Below are positions 1 through 9,368 of a stretch of 64,000 nucleotides of DNA, piece after piece; the stretch's first letter is position 1, and the number at the start of each line of letters is the position of its first letter. Source of the DNA: Ostrea edulis (taxonomy: Eukaryota). The translations under genes were made by a program, and so were the position numbers. The notes beneath the pieces are model-generated. The model did not search any database and was not told where the DNA came from. It saw only the letters and a program-made list of their open reading frames with translations. The stretch covers positions 54,002,001 through 54,066,000 of the forward strand of contig NC_079166.1 of assembly GCF_947568905.1 (NCBI RefSeq), given 5' to 3'.

Positions 1-1053
1 CTGACTTTCATGTATACCTCCTACCCACCATTCTCTATCCAGAGTTCCGTGTGCTACTCGCATTATACGGTGTGAGTGAAACTCGTACAACACGCCCTCT
101 GGTGAGAGAATGCCTACCCACATGTTTCAGAACCAAAACACTGACCCCTGGCACCTCACACAGTATCAGTAATATAGATACATCGTTCATCATGCACTGT
201 GCACTAGACAGTAGTATCAGGGCTCATTGTGGAGTGTTTTGAGGGTTGGGAAAAAGATCAGTGTATTTATTATCTGCATCCTACATACGTCGCTATCTTG
301 CATACACGTGGGTCAGGGTGGGAGTAAAGATTTTTCACACGTGACAACCTTTGCATCTTCATCTATATTTGCAACTCGGACCTCGTCAGCTGCGGGGACT
401 TATAGAAATCGCGAAATGGCATTGTACACTGATATATATACAATAACGTAAATAATCATAGTAACTATAGTATTATATATTATTACTACAGTAACTTGAT
501 CCGAAGAGTCGGATCACGTCGAGTTGACAGGCGCGGATCATCAGATCACACGAGACGCTAGTAGTAATGATAAATTTATTATATACCCCCTTGTGCATTT
601 TAAATCCACATTTATAAGATAATTAATGTAATCCAAATTATAAAAAACACAGACATACCATGAAATTATGTTTTGTATACGCAGGTTCGTTTGTGACGAG
701 TTCAACATTTTCCACAAATAACGTTGCGTTGTTGCATTGTGACGTCATTGTGACGGCATCAGTTTCAGAGGATACTGATACGGAATCGGAAAACCGGATC
801 ACACGCTGTGAAATCCACAGTATCAGAGAACAATACATTGATGGGTATATAATAAATTGAATGATCGGGATGTACTGTAAGTGGGTGTGCCGACCTGTCT
901 GAACTACGTGTCTGTATCAAACATACAAAGCTAAGGTTCACATGGACTTGGGGAGGAAATGGCATAGGCAACACATTGACGAGGAGAGATATTGAAACGA
1001 AATAAAGCTGAAAACCTCATGAAAACATGAAAAGACACAATTTTGAAAATGAT

Positions 1054-1165
1054 GTCTACATTACTAATATCCGAGACGTAATGACGTCTACATTACTAGT
1101 ATCCAAGACGTAATGACGTCTACATTACTAGTATCCGAGACGTAATAACGTCTACAATACTAGTC
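1054..1165. repeat. 32-bp minisatellite, ~3.5 copies (left array)
   Basis: Monomer gtctacattactagtatccgagacgtaatgac with internal inverted repeat CATTAC...GTAATG. Also at 29844-29955 and 58629-58740. Confidence 0.9.
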
Positions 1166-1206
1166 AATCGTAACTACTCGGCTATTTCCGTAACCGCAAA
1201 TGAACT

Positions 1207-1783
1207 TAGTCTCGTGCAACCAGACGCTCTGCTTTTTCCGTAAATATCCGAAGAGCAGAGAGTCTGGTAAAGATACGCGATAACGTTTGTAACGTCAGAT
1301 CGAGGCTTACCAAAATTTCGGTATTTAATTTGATTGGTTGATTCAACACACCTTCAAAATAACGACTACCGAAGAAATTTGTAATATATTGAATTTGCCG
1401 TTTAAGCTTAAGGATTTACAACTAGAGTGGTTATAAAAACTTTTGCAAAAGGAAAGGATTTATGCTGTTCTACCGACGGGAAATGGTAAAACCGTTTTAT
1501 CAAAATTACTTTAGGAGGCAAAAGTGAAAGTACAATTTCCAGCTGACAAAGAGCGTAATTTCTTTTTATTGGACTTATAGTTATGATTTTCCCATTTGTA
1601 TCACTAATGAAGGATCAACTAAATAGCGTCAAATTTCGGAATTGACTGTTTATGTCAGAGAGAATCCAACGGAAACTAAATTAGCGCTCCCTAGCGGTAA
1701 CAGTTATTATCGCGTGTCTTTACCAGACTCTCTGCTCGTCGGAGATTTACGGAGACAGCCGAGTGTCTGGTTGAACGAGACTA
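1207..1783 (+). mobile_element. Non-autonomous AcademH-like DNA transposon with RecQ-helicase remnant
   Basis: 77-bp TIRs (TAGTCTCGTGCAACCAGAC... / ...GTCTGGTTGAACGAGACTA, 8 mismatches). Flanks caaatgaact / caaatgaacc (9-bp perfect, 10-bp near-perfect TSD). Internal frameshifted RecQ-type motifs IYAVLPTGNGKT (1458-1493, motif I) and IVMIFPFVSLMKDQL (1577-1621, motif Ia). Confidence 0.8.
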
Positions 1784-2172
1784 CAAATGAACCTCGTATG
1801 TGGATCGACGCCATCAGAGTTGGTTGCTACGTATACGTAAACGTAACTTTGACGCCACAGTCGTACGTTACACTATGAAACGTGAACTTTCAAAAGCATC
1901 TAAGATATTATACACATCTAAGGTATTGTACCACTATCAATTTCCACTTACATGTTATGTATTAGAGTGAATAAGACGTTAATGATACCAAAACTGAATC
2001 TCTGGTGAAAATATAAATAACATACTAGTCAGGGATTCGGTTCTGGCCTTTTAACACTCATCCACAGGCGCGCTTCCGGCGAAGAAATGCATCAATTTGA
2101 TGCAATTCTTGCGCCGATCTACGTCCGCGTCTTCTTGCCGGTTACGGAAAATGACGAGCGCGTGATCCGATT

Positions 2173-2387
2173 GCATTACTAGTATCCGAGACGTAATGGT
2201 GTCTGCATTACTAGTATCCGAGACGTAATGGTGTCTGCATTACTAGTATCCGAGACGTAATGGCGTCTGCATTACTAGTATCCGAGACGTAATGACGTCT
2301 GCATTACTAGTATCCGAGACGTAATGGTGTCTACATTATTAGTATCCGAGACGTAATGGCGTCTACATTACTAGTATCCGAGACGTA
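2173..2387. repeat. 32-bp minisatellite, ~6.7 copies (right array, same monomer as 1054-1165)
   Basis: Tandem gcattactagtatccgagacgtaatggtgtct units without spacers. Also at 30963-31177 and 59748-59962. Confidence 0.92.
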
Positions 2388-2968
2388 GAAATTTACAGGG
2401 ATGTTTAAGATTTTGAAGATATATGAAAATAATAGTTGTTTGCTTGTCAAGAATAAAGAATTTTAAAGAAGTTAACTTCTACTCCAATGCCCCCCCCCCT
2501 CCACTTTGAAAAAAGGATGCTAGGTGTCTACATGTATTATTATTTTATTTTGGTTTAAATTTCAAAATAGTTGTGATCCTCCCCAACTCCCCAAGGTGGA
2601 GCTACATCTTTGAAAGCATCGCGTATATATCAAAATCTAAGCCGGGGTATTTTTTTATTTTTGATGGTATCCCACCTAGGCTATGATATCTCATTTGTGC
2701 AATGTACCCAACCTGTTCAATAGCTAAAATATTACATATAATGCAAGTAAAGTATCTACCGTGTTTACAGGAAATAATAATTGTGATGGAAAACATGCAC
2801 TGGTGCGATAAAAGTTTATCAACTAGAACTGATGGTGGTTAAGTGGGAGGGAAAACGCTTTCACACTGATAACCTTTTATTTAATTATTATTTTCAGGTG
2901 AAACTTCAAGAATCACTTTGTGGCTAGGATTGACCAGGGAATAAATATACTTCCAGGTAAATTTAGAG

Positions 2969-5900
2969 ATGCCTAGGTGTGGATGTGGCCACCGCTTTCC
3001 CTCTGTAGACTCAGACACAGAGGATGAGGACAGTGATGATGAATACGTGCCATCTTGGATGAAACTTTGGGAACAAAGAGAGAAAAAGTTCATTTCGACA
3101 AGAGCCTTCAAATTGGCAGAGAAAACATTACGAACTTTTAACAAAGTTATCATACAAGGAGAGACTGGATGTGGTAAATCCGCCATTGCTCTAAACATAG
3201 CATTAAAGTATAGGTCTCGGAAGTGGGAGGTTGTAATGGTGAAAAATATCAGAGACATTAAATCTGCTCCTGTGAAAAGAAAATCCGTTCTCTTCATTAT
3301 CAACGATCCGATAGGAAAAACTGCATTGGACGAAAAATCATGTAGACGGTGGTACTTACAGAAGAATTTGCTGAACCGTTATTTTTCGACAAATGGGCAG
3401 AATGAAAAAAAGATCAAAACTCCAAAAGTTATTGTGACTTGCAGGTCGACTCTTACTGAGAAGATTCTTGAATGCTATTTCAGTAAATTCACTGTCATTG
3501 ATATGGACGAAGAGGAGATTAAAATCTGTAAAGAAGAAAAAGAAAAAATTTTAAAGAAGCATATAGATTGTTCAAAACTTACTGAAAGTGATATCAATGA
3601 ATTACTTAAAACTGAAAAAGCATTCCCCTTAATATCTGATATGGCGAATACCTGCAAAATTCTTGAAAGGGATTTACAAGCATTTTACAGAGAACCCTTT
3701 GAAGAAATAAAAAAGGAAATTTTGTCTTTGAAAGACAGTTCAAAAGAAAAGTTTTTATGTCTGTTTCTACTTACCTTGAGTGGAAATCGATTAACGAAAA
3801 GCAGTTTTGAAGAGGAAATACATGATTGTGATGACACAAATAGCATGTACGAGGAGAATAGGATAGTCAATGATGACAGAGAAAATGAAAAGAAAAACAA
3901 TGAGAAAAATAAAGAGGCGTTTACTAACAACTATGATGGTGGTGACAACAAAGATGATGAAAATAAATATGTCAGCGTCAACAGCAATGATGAGGAANNN
4001 NNNNNNNNNNNNNNNNNNNNNNNNNNNNNNNNNNNNNNNNNNNNNNNNNNNNNNNNNNNNNNNNNNNNNNNNNNNNNNNNNNNNNNNNNNNNNNNNNNNN
4101 NNNNNNNNNNNNNNNNNNNNNNNNNNNNNNNNNNNNNNNNNNNNNNNNNNNNNNNNNNNNNNNNNNNNNNNNNNNNNNNNATGATAGAGGACGTATTGGA
4201 AATTTTAAACTTTCCAGAAAACTTTTCTAAAAGAATTCTCTTCGAAAACTTTAAGTATCTCAGGGGTCACTACTTCGTGATGAGAGTGGGTAAAATTTTT
4301 CAAATTACAAACGATTCGTTTTTGCTGGCGTTGACTCATATATTTTGTACACATTTTCCAGAACTATTCTTGAAATACTGTCCAAGTAAATTCTTTCGTA
4401 CTTTGACAACTTGCTCGATTGCAAAAGGGGGAATCTTTCCAAACGTTCAATTACAAGACGCATATATCAATTCATTTGTGGATAGAATTCTGGAAGATAT
4501 AAAGAATGGCACATTTTTGGATGTTTTTCTGAGTCCTTGGATCCGGGATGTGAGAGTCTTGTCCAATCTGCAAATGCGATTCGAAGCAATCCCGTACGAA
4601 GATCTGATACGGGTGACTTTAACATCAAAACTAGATGCTGACCTTACAATTGCAAGCTCGGAAGTACGAAAAAAAATGACTGGCTTGTCTCGACTGGATT
4701 TCATTGCACTAAGTAAGGAAGTATCTCCAATAATTCTGTCACTTATATTAAACCTGAACGATCTTTTCCACACCATGTTCACATTGATCAGAAAGAAGGC
4801 CGAGAATGAAGACAGATCTGAATGCTTCAAGAATGTTCCTTTAATGTGCGCCTGTTGTGTCAATGGACGAGAAGATCTTGCCAGACTAGTCATAGATAAT
4901 GTTGATGACAAACATACATGCTGGAGTAAACAAGAAAATATCTACCCTGTGCACATTGCTGCCAACTTCCTGAACACTGACGTCTTAGGTCTTCTTTTAG
5001 ATGGGGAGTGTGATGTTAACATAACAACACAAAACAAAGAATCGCCTTTTTTCTTGGCATCAGCAGTCGAAAAGTACCATCTCCAAAATATCCACTGGAC
5101 TAGTAGTCAGGCAGTGGGTCATTCCGCAAGAAAATACGAAGAGTTAGTGGAAGAAAACCGTTTAAAGACCCTTACTCTTCTTGAACAGAAAGGTGCAAAT
5201 GTAAACAATCATCCTAGTGAATTACCTTCTGCCCTTGCTTTTTCTTGTCAAAGGGGATATGTCGATACAGTTCAGTTTATGATTAGGAATGGTGCGAATG
5301 TGAAAGAAACTGACGAAGAAAACCTTAATGCGCTACATTTTGCTTCAGAAGTAGGGAATATTGAAATTGTTCAATTGTTGCTGGAGAGTGGTGCAGATAT
5401 AAATCTCAGTACCACAAGAGGCCCGATGCCATTATATTTAGCATCCCTTAATGGACACGTTGATGTAGTAGAGATGTTTCTTTCTAAAGATAGCACCCAA
5501 GAACTAAAAGGGAGATTGATATACAAGCCGTTCTCCGTAGCCTGCAAGCATGGCCATAAAAGGATCGTTGAAAGGCTTTTAGAATATGATAATCGTATAT
5601 TATCTGATGACACTTCATCTTTGTCGACTGCTGTTGGTAATGGGCACAAGGAAATTGTTGAATTGCTTTTGAAAAATGGCGCTGATGCAAATATTTCTAA
5701 AAATGCAAGCAAGATAAGCCCTTTATATTCTGCTGCTGGTTCCGGATATGATGATATTCTTAAATTATTACTGAACAGTGGTGTGAATGTTAACATGGAA
5801 ACAAAAAATGCAAATACGGCTTTGGATATTGCGTCACAGAATGGCCACCGTTTGAACGTTCAGATATTACTAGAAAATGGTGCAAATGTCAATCATTGCA

Positions 5901-7621
5901 CTATACAACAAGCAACTGCATTATTCTATGCGGCAGATAATGGTCACTATGAAATAGTGATGCTACTTCTACGGAAGAAAGCAGATGTGAATATCTGCAC
6001 GAAAAACGGAAACAGTCCCTTGATACGGGCTTCATCTTGTGGATATGAAAATATAGTTCGCGAACTTCTGAGTCATGGGGCTGATGTTAACCAATCCAAT
6101 GTTGCGGGGATAACAGCACTGTATTTGGCGTCTGAAAATGGACATACTGATATTGTAAAACTTCTGTTAGTCAACAAAGCAGATGTCAACTTAGGTAAAA
6201 AAGATGGAAGCACTTCAATGTATATTGCATCTCGATATGGGCATCATGGAATTGTTCAAGAACTGTTAAAACACGGTAAAAATATCAATGGCACGAGCTC
6301 GAAAAACCCTTTGTTAATAGCCTCCTATTTCGGACATTATGACATTGTTGAAATTCTTTTGGGAAACGGGGCGAATGTTAACGTGCAGGATGACGTTGGA
6401 GACACTCCTTTGATAACTGCGTCGAGAAAGGGATGGAGTGGAATCGTGAAAATTCTTCTGAAGTTCGGAGCCGATGTCACACTCTGCAACGAAGAAGATG
6501 ACGAAAATGCTTTACACTACGCATGTTTTCGAGGTCATACAGACGTGGTGAAAATACTACTTGATCATGGAATGGATATTGATGACTATGACGAATACAC
6601 GAACACGCCTTTACAGAAAGCTTTAGAAGGGGAACATCTGATGACTGCATTGTTTTTGTTAGATCATGGCGCAAATGTGAACATTGTAGCATGTGACACA
6701 TCTGCTCTTTATTTAGCATGCGACATCGGATTTAAGGAAGTAGTGGATATTCTTCTAGAGGCCAATGCAGAAGTTAATCCCAAGAACCCCGACGGTTCTT
6801 CTGCATATTCTCCTCTTTTTGCTGCTGTCGGGAATGGTTATTTTCAAATTACCAAAGAACTTTTACGCCATGGGGCTAATATCATCGATACGAAAAAATT
6901 TGGTGGGGAAACCTTGCTAGTAAAGGCCATTGAGTCTCGAAATTCTGGGATAGCAAAGCTTCTCATCGAACATGGAGCTAACGTCAACGAACAAGATGAA
7001 CGTGGAAACACAGCTCTGCATGCAAGCGCTTATTATACTGACACCCTAGATTGCATGACAGTTCTATTGAACAACAATGCCAATCCAAATGTTTCCAACT
7101 GTGACGGAATTACTCCAATGTTGATGGCACTGGAAACACGACCCGAGAAAAGGGATCGAATTCAGGCTCTCGTTGATCATGGAGCTAATATTAATGCTCG
7201 AGATAATTCTGGATATTTTGCACTGCAGTCGGCTTGTATATTCCCTGATCAAGATAATGTTGTTGCATATCTACTGAAAAATGGCGCCAATATCAATGCA
7301 CGTAATGGAAATGGAGAAACTGCTCTCTATGCAGCATCCAACACTGGCTATCTTCGGAATGTGAAAACACTCCTTCAGTATGGGGCAGACATTAATCTTT
7401 GTTCAAAAACTGGACTTAGTCCACTTGATATTGCGACGAAATTAGGAAACACAAAACTGAAAAAGTTTCTTCAGAAAAAAATACACGAGGGGAAAAATAA
7501 CAGTATTTCTGATTCACAGAGAGAGATTGTCGTGGCCAAGCAGAGTTCGGTAGCAACAGCTCTTCCAAGGAGAAGAAACTTTGCAAAGCTAACAAAGACA
7601 TTGCGCCAAAAGAGATTTTAG
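2969..7621 (+). CDS. Paralogue A, copy 1: nSTAND3-like P-loop NTPase plus ~26 ankyrin repeats (NLR/STAND-like), 1550 aa
   Basis: Uninterrupted ORF. F-x-x-T-R-A motif, then VIIQGETGCGKS (Walker A, 3158-3181), VLFIINDPIGK (Walker B-like, from 3287) and KVIVTCR, matching the nSTAND3 pattern by eye. About 26 ankyrin repeats counted (e.g. LHFASEVGNIEIVQLLLESGADIN). 183 N at 3998-4180 keep the frame. The 5' end is uncertain: AG acceptor-like sites at 2897 and 2956. Confidence 0.85.
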   Translation: MPRCGCGHRFPSVDSDTEDEDSDDEYVPSWMKLWEQREKKFISTRAFKLAEKTLRTFNKVIIQGETGCGKSAIALNIALKYRSRKWEVVMVKNIRDIKSAPVKRKSVLFIINDPIGKTALDEKSCRRWYLQKNLLNRYFSTNGQNEKKIKTPKVIVTCRSTLTEKILECYFSKFTVIDMDEEEIKICKEEKEKILKKHIDCSKLTESDINELLKTEKAFPLISDMANTCKILERDLQAFYREPFEEIKKEILSLKDSSKEKFLCLFLLTLSGNRLTKSSFEEEIHDCDDTNSMYEENRIVNDDRENEKKNNEKNKEAFTNNYDGGDNKDDENKYVSVNSNDEEXXXXXXXXXXXXXXXXXXXXXXXXXXXXXXXXXXXXXXXXXXXXXXXXXXXXXXXXXXXXXMIEDVLEILNFPENFSKRILFENFKYLRGHYFVMRVGKIFQITNDSFLLALTHIFCTHFPELFLKYCPSKFFRTLTTCSIAKGGIFPNVQLQDAYINSFVDRILEDIKNGTFLDVFLSPWIRDVRVLSNLQMRFEAIPYEDLIRVTLTSKLDADLTIASSEVRKKMTGLSRLDFIALSKEVSPIILSLILNLNDLFHTMFTLIRKKAENEDRSECFKNVPLMCACCVNGREDLARLVIDNVDDKHTCWSKQENIYPVHIAANFLNTDVLGLLLDGECDVNITTQNKESPFFLASAVEKYHLQNIHWTSSQAVGHSARKYEELVEENRLKTLTLLEQKGANVNNHPSELPSALAFSCQRGYVDTVQFMIRNGANVKETDEENLNALHFASEVGNIEIVQLLLESGADINLSTTRGPMPLYLASLNGHVDVVEMFLSKDSTQELKGRLIYKPFSVACKHGHKRIVERLLEYDNRILSDDTSSLSTAVGNGHKEIVELLLKNGADANISKNASKISPLYSAAGSGYDDILKLLLNSGVNVNMETKNANTALDIASQNGHRLNVQILLENGANVNHCTIQQATALFYAADNGHYEIVMLLLRKKADVNICTKNGNSPLIRASSCGYENIVRELLSHGADVNQSNVAGITALYLASENGHTDIVKLLLVNKADVNLGKKDGSTSMYIASRYGHHGIVQELLKHGKNINGTSSKNPLLIASYFGHYDIVEILLGNGANVNVQDDVGDTPLITASRKGWSGIVKILLKFGADVTLCNEEDDENALHYACFRGHTDVVKILLDHGMDIDDYDEYTNTPLQKALEGEHLMTALFLLDHGANVNIVACDTSALYLACDIGFKEVVDILLEANAEVNPKNPDGSSAYSPLFAAVGNGYFQITKELLRHGANIIDTKKFGGETLLVKAIESRNSGIAKLLIEHGANVNEQDERGNTALHASAYYTDTLDCMTVLLNNNANPNVSNCDGITPMLMALETRPEKRDRIQALVDHGANINARDNSGYFALQSACIFPDQDNVVAYLLKNGANINARNGNGETALYAASNTGYLRNVKTLLQYGADINLCSKTGLSPLDIATKLGNTKLKKFLQKKIHEGKNNSISDSQREIVVAKQSSVATALPRRRNFAKLTKTLRQKRF
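3998..4180. other. Run of 183 N inside an acidic/Asn-rich insert of paralogue A
   Basis: Same flanks (gatgaggaa|N|atgatagagg) in all three copies. Lengths are 183, 171 and 180, all multiples of 3. Confidence 0.95.
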
Positions 7622-7926
7622 TGATATTCTCTCCTTTTGAATACTGTGTGACAGATTTTAGTGATATTCTCTCCTCTAGAATACTGTGCGACAGATTTTA
7701 GTGTTATTCTCTCCTTTTGAATACCGTGCGACAGATTTTAGTGATATTCTCTCCTTTTGAATACTGAGCGACAGATTTTAGTGATATTCTCTCTTTTTGT
7801 ATAATGTGCGACAGATTTTAGTGATATTCTCTCCTTTTGAATACTGAGCGACAGATTTTAGTGATATTCTCTCTTTTTGAATACTATGCGACATATTTTA
7901 GTGATGTTATCTCCTTTTGAATACTG
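7611..7926. repeat. 40-bp minisatellite, 8 copies, starting across the stop codon of paralogue A
   Basis: Monomer acagattttagtgatattctctccttttgaatactgtgcg. The first unit supplies AGA TTT TAG. Also at 36391-36706. Confidence 0.93.
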
Positions 7927-9295
7927 AATTGTTTTGGCCTCAACCAAACACATTTTGTTAATTCAAAATTTTGATTGATTTCATTGGTTTTAGTTTTTCA
8001 AAGTCATAGCAGATAAATGATATGTTTCTGTTGTTTTGTAAACGTGCACTTTAAAATAATCATGAACTACCACCAATCTGGTTGATTTTATTGAATATCT
8101 ATTGATCAGTTTATTAAATAAATCATTTTCTTCTCCCTTCATATCTGTATGTACTAGCACCCACCAAAACAGATTGCACAACTAATGAAACAATGGGCAT
8201 ATTGATTTTCTTCTTCAGAATTATGATTGATTTCATTGATTTATTATTGGTTTTAGTTTTTCAAAGTTGTAGAAATAAAATGATATATGTACATTAGAAT
8301 AAACATGAACTACATGTACTACCAATCTGATTGATTTTTATTGATTATCTATTGATTAATTTATTGACAAAATTTGCTTTTCCCTTCCTAACTTATGTAC
8401 TAGTACACCAAAAAGTATACTGATGAAATGATTGATTTATTAATATTTTTGTGTTCAATAGAATTCAATTTGATATCAATTTACATATCATAAAAGTGTT
8501 ACAATTGTGTTGTCATTATAATGAATTCGATTTTAAGAGCAGCGCACATTCAGAACAGAGCACGTGGTCTTAATGTTTTCAATGTGCAGATACCACACAT
8601 TTAGTGTCACTTGTTTAATTTCAAAATCAAAATAAGCACAGAGAAATGTTTGCTAGCATAATGATAATAGCCAATAAAACTAATGATTTTAGATTTGTAT
8701 TTTAGTGTTCATTTATCTATACGTAGAATGAACAATGTAGATTAAAACGGATATGATGTATTATAAATATTTCTTTTTTGATTTCATAATTAAGTTTCAA
8801 TACTCATTGCAAAAGTGACAAGTTCCCATGCTATGAAGACCTGGCCTGTCAGAATAAAGGGAATATCTATCACCATATTAAAGGATGGTGATGGAAACTT
8901 TTGCTGAAGTTGGAAATTCCGTTATACAGAAACAATGGAGCAGTCACTGTGATTAATATGATGTATGTACATTACAATTTTCTTATGCATGATATGTATT
9001 TTGAAATGCATCACTATTATTATGATGTATGCATCATATGAAATGGAAAAATGAATTTTTCTCATCTTTCTGATGTATGGTATGCATTATGATTGTTATG
9101 ATGTATGTTTGCATTATGAAATAAGTATTTTAAATAAAAGATTTTTAAAAAACCCACTTCACCTTGCCTCCCCCTTTATTGAAAGCAATGTTACGTTACA
9201 TACCCGATTATATTTATATCATCATATGGTTTCATCGTGCTTTTACAAAAGCCTATTGGTATCATGTAAAAAAAAAAAAATTCACATTCCATTAC

Positions 9296-9368
9296 CTCGT
9301 AATTACGAGATCTCGTAATTACGGGATAATTATCTCGAAATTACGAGAAAAGATCTCGTAATTACGAG
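9296..9368. repeat. Short array of the palindrome ctcgtaattacgag
   Basis: About four degenerate copies (ctcgtaattacgagatctcgtaattacgg...tctcgaaattacgagaaaagatctcgtaattacgag). Also at 38076-38148. Confidence 0.75.

Noticed and set aside
51-1000. Short ORFs at the unit start as a gene or transposase
   Set aside because: The frames are short and stop-ridden. A few minus-strand words (PDHS, KVVTCEKSLL) faintly recall THAP-type transposon proteins but are too weak to call.
1400-1640. Host RecQ helicase gene
   Set aside because: Only two motifs, in broken frames, enclosed by TIRs and a TSD; this is a transposon relic.
1054-2387. 32-bp palindromic repeats as a CRISPR array
   Set aside because: The monomers are directly adjacent with no unique spacers, there are no cas genes, and the context is eukaryotic.
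3998-4180. N-run as an intron or ordinary scaffold gap
   Set aside because: No GT/AG at the visible flanks, same position in three copies, and all lengths divisible by three. The content remains unknown.
2881-7601. Short antisense or alternative-frame ORFs overlapping gene A (and the equivalents over B and other copies)
   Set aside because: They are shadows of the long sense ORF, with no domain features.
2969-7621. Bacterial Avs-type operon or contamination
   Set aside because: It is embedded among metazoan TEs and microsatellites with multi-kb non-coding spacers, and there is no operon structure.
7611-7926. 40-bp repeats as a CRISPR array or terminator
   Set aside because: Pure head-to-tail minisatellite with no spacers and no stem-loop/U-tract.
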